Both the position numbers and the translations under genes were made by a program. This document shows positions 12,322-24,659 of a stretch of 64,000 nt of DNA, piece after piece. The stretch is taken from assembly GCA_038087875.1 (NCBI GenBank), contig CM075988.1:11718001-11782000 (forward strand), in the 5' to 3' direction. The notes under the pieces are model-generated. The model saw nothing but the letters and a program-made list of their open reading frames with translations, had not been told where the DNA came from and did not search any database. How positions within the stretch are numbered: the first letter of the stretch is position 1; every line of letters starts with the position of its first letter. This DNA comes from Malacoraja senta. Taxonomy: Eukaryota.

Positions 12322-13987
12322 ACATTAATTATTTTACTGATATTCCTTTCCAATGTGAGACCCCAAATAATCTACAAACTTGCAAAACTTTTAGCAAGAT
12401 TTTGTTTTATTGAGGTTTGCAAACGTGTTCTTCAGACATGGCAGACAAAATGTTGCCAATGTTGGGAAACAAAACGCAAAAGGCAGCAAGCATGCCCATT
12501 GATACAATGAGGTAGTGAGAAATGGATGTTAGAAAAGCTTAAAGGGAAGATTGGAACTAATTGTATAATAATTTCACTGCCTGGCATCAACATACTCATT
12601 TGACTGGTCTTCTTCCACAGCACAGCAGTCAGAATCGGAAGGACAGAATTTAAAAAATATATAAATCCAGAATTTTTGTCTTGAATGTCAGGTAATTTGA
12701 AGAGACTTTGAATCCTACAAAGACAAAAATTAATTAAATATGGTAATCGTCTGCTGAAACCTCTCTCTGTAATGTTAGAAAAAAATAAGCATGGTAGAGA
12801 AATCTAGATTACTTCATAAATGGTGCATATTTCTATTAAGATTTAAAGCAATTCAAATACAATTTTTACCATCAATACCTTATTATCTGCAGCTACTCGT
12901 TAGGTGAGATGAAAATGTGGTTATGAAGTCTTCACTGCAAATTGCAAATCATTCATTCAGTATCTTTCAAAGGTAATTTTATGGTTATCAATGCTTTTAA
13001 CGTAATTCAATTCTTCTTTCTGCAAAATTTACAAATGTTTTGCGTGATGGCCTGTCCAGGATAGCACAGATGCCAATAGCCTGATTCTTTTACTTTCCTT
13101 CCACTTAGCTTTATTGTATCTTTGCAAAAATGAAAAGTGTGTGTGTGTGAGAGAGATTATGGATTGAAAATAGAAGGAATGTACTTGTAGCATTAAGTTC
13201 CCTGGAAAATCTTGCATTGCAATACAGTTTCAGATATTGCTTGAAAAAGTTCTCATCTGCCTAATGCGATCAAAAATCCAATCATGAGCAGATACTGACT
13301 AAAGACTAGTAATGACCAGCTACTTATTTACACCAGTTGCAGTAATGGATCACACCTAAAACATGAATTTTCTTCAGATTCTCAACAGCCCATTACACAT
13401 TTCCATTGCCTAACAATTTTATTTGAAGGTTTCTCATCATCATTATTTTTGTGTCTTATTTATATGCGTGACTGGAAATAGATCCAAATAGGGAAATGGA
13501 AGTGACAATTTTGCTCTTTGATTTACTTGTATGAAGGTAGCAGTTTTCTTGTGCCATTTCCGTGAATACAGTCGCGGGTGGACATTAGGGTTACAGTAAT
13601 CTGATCATTCGCAAGCCTACATCTATAACAGGCAACTGATGGGTGGATACTGGTGAGGTGAATTAAATTGACAAATGGGCCGAGAGAGAGAAACAAAAGA
13701 TGTTAGGGTGTCGGGTAAGGAGAGAAGAGGAGAAGTGAAATTTAAAGCTGGTGGGAGGGATATGGTGGAAGAAGACAATGTGTGAGAGAGCGGATCAAAG
13801 GGAAATGGAGGCTCAGGGGTGGGAGATGAGTGTATGGAGGAGGGGAGAGGAGCAGCACCCAGCAGCAGGGTGACTGGGATAGGGAGGGTGGGCAATGAGA
13901 GATGTTGGGAGAATTGTCTGCACATTAGAGTGAGTTGGACACAAGAAATGGAGGGTAGGGGGAGATATTACTTGCATTTCAAGTAAT

Positions 13988-14301
13988 ATTTAGTTTAGTT
14001 TAGAAATCCAGCAGGTAAACGGGTCCTTCTGCCCACTGGGTTTGCGCCATCCAGCGATCCCCGCACATTAACACTATCCTACACACACTAGGGACAATTT
14101 TATAATTTTGTACCAAAGCCAATCAACTTACAAACCTGTACATCATTGGAATGTGGGAGGAAACTGGAACTCCAAGAGAAAACCCACGCAGTTCTTGAGG
14201 AGAACATACAAAATCCGTACAGACAGCATTCATTAGTCAAGATCGAACCCGCGTCTCTGGCGCCGTAAGGCAGCAACTCCACTGCTGCACCACCATGCCG
14301 C
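13988..14301 (-). mobile_element. tRNA-derived SINE (HE1/V-SINE-like)
   Basis: GGCGGCATGGTGGTGCAGC head, GGGTTCGATC B-box and (CTAAA)n tail. Collinear with 3908-4198. Confidence 0.88.
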
Positions 14302-15689
14302 CAAATGTCTAGTAACTTCTTTCAAATGTCCTGGCACTGTTTTCATGGAGAAGCTACCAATTAGTTCCATGTTATTGGTCTTTCCCCAGAGAAGTGTACT
14401 TTTTTTTCCTCCCATTTTTTTATCGCAATCCAAGTTGCGTTTTGAAAATTGACGCAAATATTTAATGTAACCATGTTCTGTAGATATTAAAAATTAATAG
14501 ATCATCATCACTATATATGTCCTGAGCTTGCAAGTTCTTGTGCAGGTAAATTGTAAGCATGCCAGTTCCACGGCCATATCTTACCCAGTAGGCACTGTTC
14601 CTGTCTGAGTATCACTCATGGGAGTTGCTGGTTTTTCTACCTTTGGTTGTGTATCAGGTGAGTCGATTCCACCTATTGATTGCCAGCATCATAAATTGGA
14701 TACTAACAGAGACGGGTACAGTACAGGAATGGGCCCTTCAGCCCACAATGTTTGCATCTAACCATGATCATGACCATTTTGTATCTCACTAACAAGTTAA
14801 GATTGTGGCATTGAAAGAAACATGGAGGACATGAATTATACCACAGATCTTTCTGGATCAACTGATATTGACCATTAAAACTTAGACTTCAGTAGTCTAC
14901 AGATCCATATGCCCATCAAGATTGCATTCAACTATTTAAATATGATTTTTTGTAGCTATAAAGCTACCAGATGACTCTGCTCTCCAATAAATCTACTTCT
15001 ATTTACATGCACGGAGAGCTGAATATATTGTCCAATCATTAATTGGTCTTTGAACGCATCCATATTATTGAGGAGATTTGTGTTATCTTCTGCAAGTTTA
15101 TGGTTCCACTTACTCTGAGCTTTTTCTTTAATTTCCAAATGCAGCAAGAATTTTGAAGAACATCTCCTGCATGTTATGAGTTCAATAATCCTCTTTTTTT
15201 TGAATGCATGTCTCTAATGCAGAGCTTAGTAGATTGAATGGTGTATGAGAACCTCTAACTCCATTAATTGATAGAGTGCTTTGATAGAGGATTTGTGACA
15301 CACAGCTGCCATTTAAACCAGAGATGAAGCATTTACCTGTTTAACCATCCTCATCACCATCTGCAATATGTTGATCTGTACAATCAAATTTCACATTGAA
15401 TAATCACACAGCTGAAGTCAGCAATTTGCAAAAGGAAAGACAAATTATTTACATAAGGAATAGTTGTGTAGTTTGGTGTTGTGAGACTGAAATGCATTGG
15501 CAGAATATTAATGCTAAAATGAGAATGAATTAGCATAAAATACCGAGACATATTAAACAGCATGCGTTGGAATGATAAGGGGATTAAGGAATTCTGCAGG
15601 GACTTTTCCAAGAATATATCTTTAAGTGGATAAATGGTGGCAAGATTCTTTAGAAAATGTGTGAATATGGAGCAAATAAAGCTTGGGGA

Positions 15690-16240
15690 CACTGGAGACT
15701 ACAGATGCTGTCATCTGGAGCAAAAACTCAATTGCTGGAGGAATTCAGCGCGTTGGGCGGCGTCAATGGAGGAAAATGGGCAGCCCGAGTTTCAGGGTGG
15801 AACCTTTTATCAAGAACAGTAAAGAGGAGCTAGCTGGTAGGAAGAGGTGACAGGGAGGGTTGGAGCTGGCATGGGATATGTGAATCTAATTAAGGACAAG
15901 TTTGTTGGCAGAGGAGTTTGTGGGTGGAGATGGTCACCAAGATTGGAGATGATAAGTGGAGAACCTAAAGGGCTGCAGGAGGTGAAATCTGATGAGTGAA
16001 ATGTGAAATCAGAGGGAGGGATGGTGGGTAGATGGAACATGGGAGGGGGGGAAGGGAGGGGGGAGGGGATACCCCTAAGGGATGTGTGATGAACTAAAGG
16101 AGGAGGAGAAAAGAACTGAGATGGGGCATAGCAGAAGTAAAAAATTAAAGGTGTGTGTGAGAGGAGCTGGTTAGTTCAGAAGGAGAAAATGGTGGAAACC
16201 TCAGAATTGAATGTTCATACTGCTGGGTTGTAGACTGTGT
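15690..16240 (-). mobile_element. Penelope-like element 3' fragment (decayed)
   Basis: AATTGAATGTTCATACTGCTGGGTTGTAGACT (about 16206-16236) is the reverse complement of the GIY-YIG C-terminus (SLQPSSMNIQF). A purine-rich UTR follows, with a pLTR at about 15695-15810. Confidence 0.6.
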
Positions 16241-16248
16241 CCAAAGCA

Positions 16249-16470
16249 GATAGACACAAAATGCTGGATTAACTCAGCGGATCAGGCGGCATCTCTGGTG
16301 AAAAGGAATCGGTGACATTTTGGGTCGGAAGCATTGTCCAGTCAGAAGAAGGGTTCCAACCAGAAATGTTACCTATTCGTTTTCTCAAGAGATGCTGGCT
16401 GATCCGCTGAGTTACTCCAGCATTTATCTTTGGTGTCTATCTTCAGTATAAACCAGCATTTGCAGTTCCT
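16249..16470. mobile_element. Penelope pLTR-derived inverted element
   Basis: TAGACACAAAATGCTGG..TCAGCGGATCAG arm and its reverse complement CTGATCCGCTGAGTTACTCCAGCA flank two back-to-back hammerhead remnants (about 16311-16375). Confidence 0.75.
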
Positions 16471-17039
16471 TCGTAGATGGGAGACACTGTTCTATGATGA
16501 CACGGTAGAGGCAGCGGAACAAAGAGGACCTGAGTGTTCCTATTTCTACAGTGAGCAAGGTAACAGAGGCACTGTCAAGGAACTGGAGGGAGAGAGGTGT
16601 AGAAATCTATGCCACGTCACATCTCGAGGCCTTGACTGCAGTGTCACAAAATGTTCAGCGAATATGTTTGTTTGGTCAAGGTCAAATGCATCGACAAATG
16701 CAATCATGGTTTTATATTCTGCCTAACCCACCGTATCCATAATCCCTACCAGAAAACATTTAATTTGACTCTGTCTATCATAAGGATTTGAATAGTTCAT
16801 GAAGGTAGTAACGTAGAATTTCAAATGAATAACATTATGGAGAAAGGAGCACTAAGATTTTAATCTTTTGCTGTTTCCTCAGGCAAGTTATCGCATAAAC
16901 ATTACCAAAAGTTGAATTATTCTTTATAACTGATAATAACAGAATCGGTATTAAATAATCTTGTACTCTACAATACTGCATGCATGGTGAATTGAGAATA
17001 ACCTGAATAAAAAAGAGTTAATCTGTCTATTGAAAAGAT

Positions 17040-17240
17040 TATAAAATTTCAGCTCTTTGGAAGAATTTAGTGACGCAGGAAAGCTAATTAATGGCGTCTA
17101 GGCACAAATACTTGATGCCTAAGTTGCTATGGATACTCTGCTAGGTTTTTGCCTCCCTATAGTTTCATTTATTCACGAGGATTATAATTTTCATTTGATT
17201 GTGATAGGCGTTGATTAAGATTTTCTGGGGACATTTGTGT
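17040..17240. promoter_or_regulatory. Putative enhancer-like non-repeat block with RFX X-box
   Basis: GTTGCTATGGATAC (17123-17136) fits the RFX X-box. TGACGCA and TAATTA lie nearby. This is a motif match only. Confidence 0.25.
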
Positions 17241-18607
17241 TTCCTTAAAAAAAAAACTGAATGCCAAAGCTATGAAGTAGAATATACATACAGCTGTTTC
17301 TGACAATGGAATGAGACCATTAATGGTTTCATCTCTGATTCTTTATTACTGTACATTGAAAAGTAAGCAAGGTCCCTCTGTACCATCACAAAATTAAAAT
17401 AGGGCTTGCACGCAAGTAGGTGGGGAGAATAGGAGAGGGAAACAAAACAAATTGCAGAATCCTTTATGGATTTAGTGGTTAGATATCATACAGTGAAGGA
17501 AATTAACAGAGAGGTAGAAACAGAATGATTGTAAACAGAGTTAATCCTAATGAAATCATTCATAACCATTAGAAGAACAACTTTGGGTGAAGGTAACCAA
17601 ATAATAATCAACACACTTGAGAAATATTGACAGCAAATCTTCAGGAGATTGGAGAACTGGATACAATAACAGTTGTTTGGGTCAATGTGTTGCAAGGCCT
17701 AGCTGGAAGGTAAGGTTTTTTTCTTGAAGGTCGGTAGTTGAAAGGAGGTGTAAAAATCGAAGCTGAAGAATTCTGCTGGCAAATGGGAGGGTCTGATCAA
17801 ACACCAAGAAAGAAGCTCAGCAAAGTGCTTGCCTATTCTGTGTTTGATCTCCTTGTTATAATGGGCACTTTTACAGGATCATTGAGTTGAAGAGAAGAAC
17901 AAATAAGCTGAAGGGTGAAGGCAATCCTGCCCCTTAAAGCCATCCATTTTCAAATAGACTGGAATGATTGTTTAACTCGGCCTCCTCACTGCACTAATAC
18001 CATATGCCTTGATTCCCTTAATGCACACAAATCTATCAATCTCTTTCAAATTGCTTTTATCTATCTAATTAAATTATGTTAAAATTTTAAGTGCATCAAT
18101 CACATCAACTTGGAAACTCAATGACTCCTTGCTCATTTATAAAACTTGTTCTCAAGATTTAACAAACTCTTCATGTCATTCAGATGAGAACCCAAAATCA
18201 CAAATATGTTTTTAAAAAATTGGTGGAAGGAAAATATTCAAATTCATTAAAAAAAAAACAGAATGAAAGTAAACAAATACTAGTTCAGAAGGAAGGGAAC
18301 AATGGCTTTATGCATAATAAGCCTGTGTCAGAAACTAGTTGTAGGTTGCAACATTGAGAAACCACTAGATTGGAGATTGTGGAATGAAAAGATGAGAGAT
18401 AAATGTCTAGGAAATTATAACTTGCTATTTGTTTCCAGATTCAAAGACAGTAAGTTAAAAAAAAATAACATTGAGTTCATGCAGAGGCATGGACAATTTT
18501 ATTTCTATTGTGTAATTTTTGTCACAAGGTGTGAAGGCACAACATACATGCATACCTTTACTCCTAGAAGGGCCTGTGTACCTGTACCCCTAGATCCCTC
18601 CACTCCT

Positions 18608-19260
18608 AGAGCAATGGGACTGAGCAATTTAAGTACAGCATTGCTCATAGATAGATGGTGAAGAAGGCTTTGGATATGTTGGCCTTCATCAATTCGGCAA
18701 TTGAGTATTAAAGGCAGGTCATTATGTTACAGTTGTACAACATGTTAGTCAGGTTGCACTTGGAATACTGTATTCAGTTTGGTGACCCTGCCATGCGACA
18801 GATACGATTAAGCTGGAAAGAGTTCAGAGAATATTCACATTGCTGGGACTTTGGGCCTGAGCTATAGGGAGAGTTGGGTAGGCTAGGATATTATTCCGAG
18901 GGGTGATCTTGCAGAGTGAATAAAATCAAAAGGGGAATAGATGGAGTGAATGCACAGTCTTTTACTATAGGGTATTGAAATAAAGAACCAAAGGGGATGG
19001 GTTAAAGGTGAGTGGGGAAAGATTGAATAGAAACTGAGGGGTAGCATTTTCACAGGATGGTGGGTACATGGAACGAGCTGGCATAAGTAGTAGTTGAGGA
19101 AGGTTCAATAACAACATTTAGAAGACATTTGGACAGCTACATGGATAGAAAAGATTCAGAGTGATTTGGATGAAATGGAGGCAAATTGGATTAGCTTGGG
19201 CAGGGCATCTTGATTGCATGGAAATGTTGAGCCGAAGGGCCTATTTCTGTGCTGTAGTAC
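18608..19260 (+). mobile_element. CR1 LINE 3' fragment (decayed)
   Basis: Decayed LQLYxxLVRxHLEYCIQF-type coding sequence. Ends in GCCGAAGGGCCTATTTCTGTGCTGTA. Confidence 0.8.
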
Positions 19261-19614
19261 TTTAAAATAGTAAATTGGGTGGAAGATGATGGCCAAAACG
19301 TCCTGCTACATAATATAATATTCTTTGTGTTGCACAGTATACATTTATTTAAACATGGCAACTAACAAAAATGAGTGCCTAATTTGTAGATGAAATGAAC
19401 TGCGTCAACATTTTCTTCAATACAAAAGCATTTAGGATAATTTGTCCTTTCACCCATGCATGGGGATTAATAACGAGTATAGGCTTTAACAATGAGGCCG
19501 GGTTTTAACAAAATGGTTGAGCCTGCTCTTGAGAAGGTTAACAAGTCCATTCCTATCTAGGCTGCTGCCAGAGAGACTCAATAAGAAATGATTTGTTTTC
19601 TTTTGGATAAGTTA

Positions 19615-19790
19615 AGGGCCTGTCCCACTTGGGCGTCATTTGCACGACATCATTTATGCGTCACGACGCGCGCGTGGTGGCGTAGGCAGTGACGCGCGGT
19701 CGCGTCCAGCGCCCCAGGATTTTGGGATTCACAAAATCTTCGCCCGTCACCTGCGTGACATGCGAATGACGCCCAAGTGGGGCAGGCCCT
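19615..19790. mobile_element. PIF/Harbinger-type MITE
   Basis: About 30-bp TIR beginning AGGGCCTGTCCCACTTGGGCGTCATT, with TTA TSD at 19612-19614 and 19791-19793. Confidence 0.88.
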
Positions 19791-20909
19791 TTACTGTTTT
19801 AGCCACATAGCCTATAGCTGTACTCCATAGTTATCGTGAATGTTTTCGCATTTGTTCCGTTGTCTATTGATATAACTGGCTGAAGACTCTGCTCAAAAAT
19901 GTAAATTACCTCGGCATTAATTCCATTATACAACTACATTTGAGGTGGTCATTATATTTAAAGAGTGGTAGCCTTGAGTAATGCTTTGATATCACGGATT
20001 TTCATTCCAGAATAAATTTTGAAACGTGCTGTGTCTTTTAACATCAGATCAACTTACTAATGGCTGCCTGAGGGGGAGAATTAACAAGTGAAAAAATAGC
20101 TTTGTGCAAAGAGACATGACAAACTAACTGTTAACCCATGAAATGATTTCAGTATAAGTATTTTGTTTATTTTGCTCAAGGTTTGGCCCTTTTCCTGTCA
20201 GTGTCGTGCAGCCAGAAAAAAAGCGTCAGGAAATGTTGATGCATCTTTTTTGACACCAGTGGCTTGAGGGAGCACTGGGAAGCTTTACAGAATTGCTGAG
20301 TATCAACAGACTTACACAGATTGTTGCCATGTACAAACAGTCTGAGAATAAATTTCAATAAACAAGAGGCAGAATTCAGGTAGCAAGGTAGGCACGTGTT
20401 CCACAGCTTTACATAAGGTATTTTGTATAAACATTTGGGACTATTACAGAATACAAAGGTGCAGTCATGAAATATACTGTATGGGTTGTCATGGAAGGAT
20501 GTGTGAACCCGTGTCTCAAAAGTCTGGTAGCATCAGCAGCAAAACCCAAATCTCCCAAATTGTTCTTGACATCCAATGTGCCAACATCTTTTGGTGTTCA
20601 CATTGTACACGTAGAGGCAACCCAATATAAACCATACTTAATCAAGTCTGTTAATGCATCCTGTACCTTCAAACCCCTCTTTATAGACCCCTTGTGCCTC
20701 TGGACCTTAAAATACCTTTGTACCCCTCCACCTCAGTGAGCTGTGGGCTCGTCATGTGGTGGAGCTCTTCTGTCACCTCCATCTCCAGGTCTATTGCAAT
20801 GGGAAGGAGTTCTCATCTTCTAGCAATGACCACTTCTCCCCCTGTTCTTGGACCACCCCCCCCCCCCTCCCTCCATTATGACTTTTAACCCTTACCAGAG
20901 CTAAACCCA

Positions 20910-21052
20910 TCTGAAGAAAACATACTTGGCTAATAAAGTATTATTGTGATTGTGATTGATTGTGAAGAAAGGACCTGACCTGAAACTTCACCTATCCATG
21001 TTCTCCAGAAGCTGCCTGACCTGCTGAGTTATTCTAGCACTTTGTGTCCTTT
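20910..21052 (+). mobile_element. Penelope pLTR remnant with a 43-bp LINE-tail insertion
   Basis: CTGAAGAAA...GGACCTGACCTGAAACTTCACC pLTR. The insert at 20920-20962 is flanked by a TGAAGAAA duplication. Confidence 0.65.
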
Positions 21053-21628
21053 TCAGTTAACGCTTTCCTTGTCTTGTGGTGATTAGATATTGCCATAGAG
21101 TCGCAGAGCATGGAAACAGCCTCTTTGGCCCAACTTATCCGTGCCAACCAAGATGCCTCATCCAAGCTGGTCCCATTTATGAATCATAAAGTCAGAGCTA
21201 TACAGAGTCTCAAAATCATACAGCTATAAAGCTGTAAATTTGCAGATGACATTCTTGTAAATCGTCTCAGCGCTCTTCCCAGCTTAATGGCATCTTCACA
21301 ATATCAAGGTGAACAAGTCTCACAAGGAATGTGTCACTGCATTAAAATGATTCACTTTGGCGACAGATAATTAATAAATGTGATCCTATTCCAAACAGTA
21401 TTTTACAAAACCCAGAATTTTTCAACACAGAGTTTGTATGTAAAAGACAAATATAATGATAGTTATGAACGACATACTGCAAATATTCCAGATGTCTTTT
21501 ATTCATTGAATTAGGTAAGTATTCTTGTGAGTACATTCAAAGGCCATGCAGGGTGGGACAGTCAGTGTCCTTGGGACATTCCACTTCAATAACTTGATGC
21601 AGTTGTCACCATCATGAGGATCATGGTA

Positions 21629-22483
21629 AATTACAATTACAATTTTGTTTATTTGTCTTTTGGACAAATTTGTCGTTTGGACCTCAATGTCGTTTCTGCA
21701 GCCATACATCACAAAACGAAGAAGACCCGAGACACAACACAATTTACACATACATCCATCCCAGCGCTGTGATGGAAGGCAAAAACACTTATCTCTCCAC
21801 TGCACTCCCCCCCCCCCCCGATGTCAGAGTCAAAGTCAAAGCCCCTGGCGGGCGATGGTGATTATCCCGCGGCCATTAAAGCCACGCCGGTTAATGCAGG
21901 GTCGCGCACCGGGTCTTGGTGTTAGAGCCCCGGCGCGCGCTCGCAAAGTCCGGCGGCCATTCCAAGCCGCGCGGGGGGATAAAGCCCCGCTGCAGGTGCT
22001 CTTCAACCCCGCAACTCGGGCGGGAGAAGTCGCCGCTGCGGAAGCCCCGAAAAGAGGTCTCCCACCAGGGGACCCCGCGGGCTTCCGGTGTTGCTGTCCG
22101 CCAGACCCGCGGTTGTAGCCTCCGAATCTCCGTGGGTCGGGTCGCAGCAGCGCTCCACCACAGCTCCACCCGCTCCGGACTCGGCCAGCCCCGCGACGGT
22201 GAGTAGTCCGCAGCTCCGCAACTGGAGCCCCAGGTCGTTCCTGCTGGAGGCCGCTCCACGTTGCCCAGCCCCAACGACAACGGAGACCCGACAAAGAAAA
22301 GGTCGGGTCTCCCGTGCAGGGGAAAGATTTCAAAGTCCCCCCCCCCCACCCCACCCCCACCCCCCCCCCACACACATACCCCGACAAAAATAAATTAAAA
22401 AAACTACATAAAACGAGACAAAAATAATTAAAAAACAGACGGACTGCAGAGGCCGCTGCAAACGAGAGTCGCGCCGCCCACCG
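21629..22483 (-). mobile_element. GC/CpG-rich non-coding retroposon (copy A)
   Basis: Minus-strand order: CGGTGGGCGGCGC start, T-rich tract, G-tract, GC-rich body, hairpin (21755-21776), stem-loop, AATAAA, (TTGTAA)n tail. Confidence 0.75.
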
Positions 22484-23294
22484 ATTATTGAGCCATCAGT
22501 CATAAACTGAGAGAAAATGTGATGTGAGAGGTGAACCAGTGCCTGCATATGACCATGCTTGTCCAATCTACTCATCTGCCCAGCTTCATATTGTTGTGAA
22601 TGCTGGAGGTTTTATTTGAGGCTGTCAAATAACGTTTGACCAGATTGAACTCGATCCAATTTTGCTCTCCAGATTTGCTATCTGTAATGCCAACATGCCC
22701 AGAGAAACCACAGACAGCTGGTTAAGCGGATTGTCCATTCCTGAGAACTACCCAGTGTTGTGAGCAATAACTCTGCCTCAAGTGGCAAATCTTAGGCTAC
22801 AGGGAGAGTTGGGAATCTTCAACGCTGTTCCCGCTGCTAACAAAGACCTTGGAGACATTTAGAAATGGATTCACCAACACAAAACTATTGATAAAAATAA
22901 ATTCTAAATAATCACTTATTCCCACTTAACCTTGTAACTCAAAGTTGGCGACACCATTCAAATGATCAGGATTTCAGTGCCTACCCACAGTGGAAGGTGA
23001 GTTTGAAGTGCATCTGATCCATCTGCTCAGCAGTTTCCTGCTTCACTGCCTGGCTCTGTTGCGATTCCAGGAGCAGACTAGACAGTCCAATGACCTCTGC
23101 TTGTCTCCGAATTCTGAGTTTCAAAACAGATGTGGAGGGGTTGTCATGAGATGAAGATCACATGATAGATAAATGTCTGTTCTTGAAAGAACTGCTGATG
23201 AAAGGGTAGTATGACCAGGTTATATGCTCTGCCACCGGATGGAGAAAATGCTGAAGTGTCAAACACTGCAAAGGAAGACTAAAATTTCTTAGAT

Positions 23295-24113
23295 CAATAC
23301 AATACAATACAATACAATACAATACAATACGGTTTTATTCGTCACATTGCACATAAAGTGCAAGTGAAATGAATTTGCCAGCAGCGGTACAATGATAAAG
23401 AACACACAAAAACACAATAAAAATTTAACACAAACATCCACCACAGCATTCATCACTGTGGTGGAAGGCACAAAATTTGGCCAGTCCTCCTCCATTTCCC
23501 CCCGTGGTCGGGACCTCAACCCTCCGCAGCCACCACTGCCGGCCCGCGGCCTACTTCTACCTGCGGGCGTCCAGATATGCAGACAGGTAAATGTCCAGGT
23601 AAGCCCAGAGTCAGCTCTTCCCCACCGGAGACTGCGGCTTTAAGTTGATGTAGGCCGCAGGCCGGCGGTCGAAGATTTAAAGTCCCCGCCGCGCCGCAGC
23701 CAGAAGCACCGCAGACCGCAGGGCCGGCGGTCGAAGCTCCCCTCCAGGGGTGATGGTAAGCCCACACCGGGCCCGCGGTAGAAGTAGGCCGCGGGCCGGC
23801 AGTGGTGGCTTCTCGTTCTCCCGGGTCCCCCACGAGGAGCTCCGCAGACCGCGACTTCAGGCTGCCGCGGGCCAGCGAAATGGAGCGCTCACCTCTGGCG
23901 AGCCCCGGCGAGGGCTTGCCCGCTCCACACCGAGAGTCCACGCTGCGCCCGCCGCTGAAGCCCCGGGCGCGTCTCCGGGAAAGGCCTCACCGATCCTTGC
24001 TGTTAGGCCACGGGGGAGGCGCCATGGAAAAAGTTGCCTCTCCGTGGAGGAGGCGACCGAAGCGGTTTCCCCCTCACCCTCCCACACCACCCCCACACAC
24101 AAAGAAACATTAA
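23295..24113 (-). mobile_element. GC/CpG-rich non-coding retroposon (copy B, 5'-truncated)
   Basis: Collinear with 57670-58378 in the opposite orientation. The 3' end is a stem-loop, AATAAA and (GTATT)7 at 23296-23330. Confidence 0.8.
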
Positions 24114-24387
24114 CAAAGAGAACAATGGTTTGCAAATGTTGGTTTGTCTGCCCATGAAGGTGCATGAACGTATGAATAAAGAGCAGGAGCTAGCCATTTG
24201 ATTTGTGATATTTCGAAGAAGAATTCCAAAGACCCATGACTCTCTGAGAGAATCAAAATTCCCCTCGTCTTTGTTTTAAATGGGAAACTTTTTTTAAAGT
24301 AGTGACCCTTGATTCTAACTTTTCCCACAACAGGAAACATCCCTTCTACCTTGGCTAAATCCTTCAGGATGCCAACCTTTCTCACAT

Positions 24388-24612
24388 GGGTGGCAAAGTG
24401 ACGCCGCGGTAGGATTGTTGCCTTTCTGCGCTAGAGATCCGGGTTCGATCCTGACTACGGGTACTGTCCGTACAGAGTTTGTACATTCTCCCTGTTACTG
24501 CCTGGGTTTTCTCTGGGTACTCCGGTTTCCTCCCACACTCCAAAGATGTGTAGGTTACTTGGCTTCAGTAAAATTGCAAATTGTCTCTTGTGTATAGTAC
24601 AGTGCTTATGGG
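24388..24612 (+). mobile_element. tRNA-derived SINE (HE1/V-SINE-like), 3'-truncated
   Basis: GGGTGGCAAAGTG head, B-box GGGTTCGATCC at 24441-24451, and CCGGTTTCCTCCCACACTCCAAAGA core. Confidence 0.85.
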
Positions 24613-24659
24613 GTGCCTTGAGAGGCAATGTGTAAGCTAACTTTCTTTAAGTGTGGGAT

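Noticed and set aside
21645-24197. Many overlapping ORFs of 100-180 aa (also at 57647-58449 and 47815-48283)
   Set aside because: They are open on both strands and in several frames because the DNA is GC-rich and stop-poor. The peptides are low-complexity Pro/Arg/Gly/Ala, and frames are not maintained between copies B and D.
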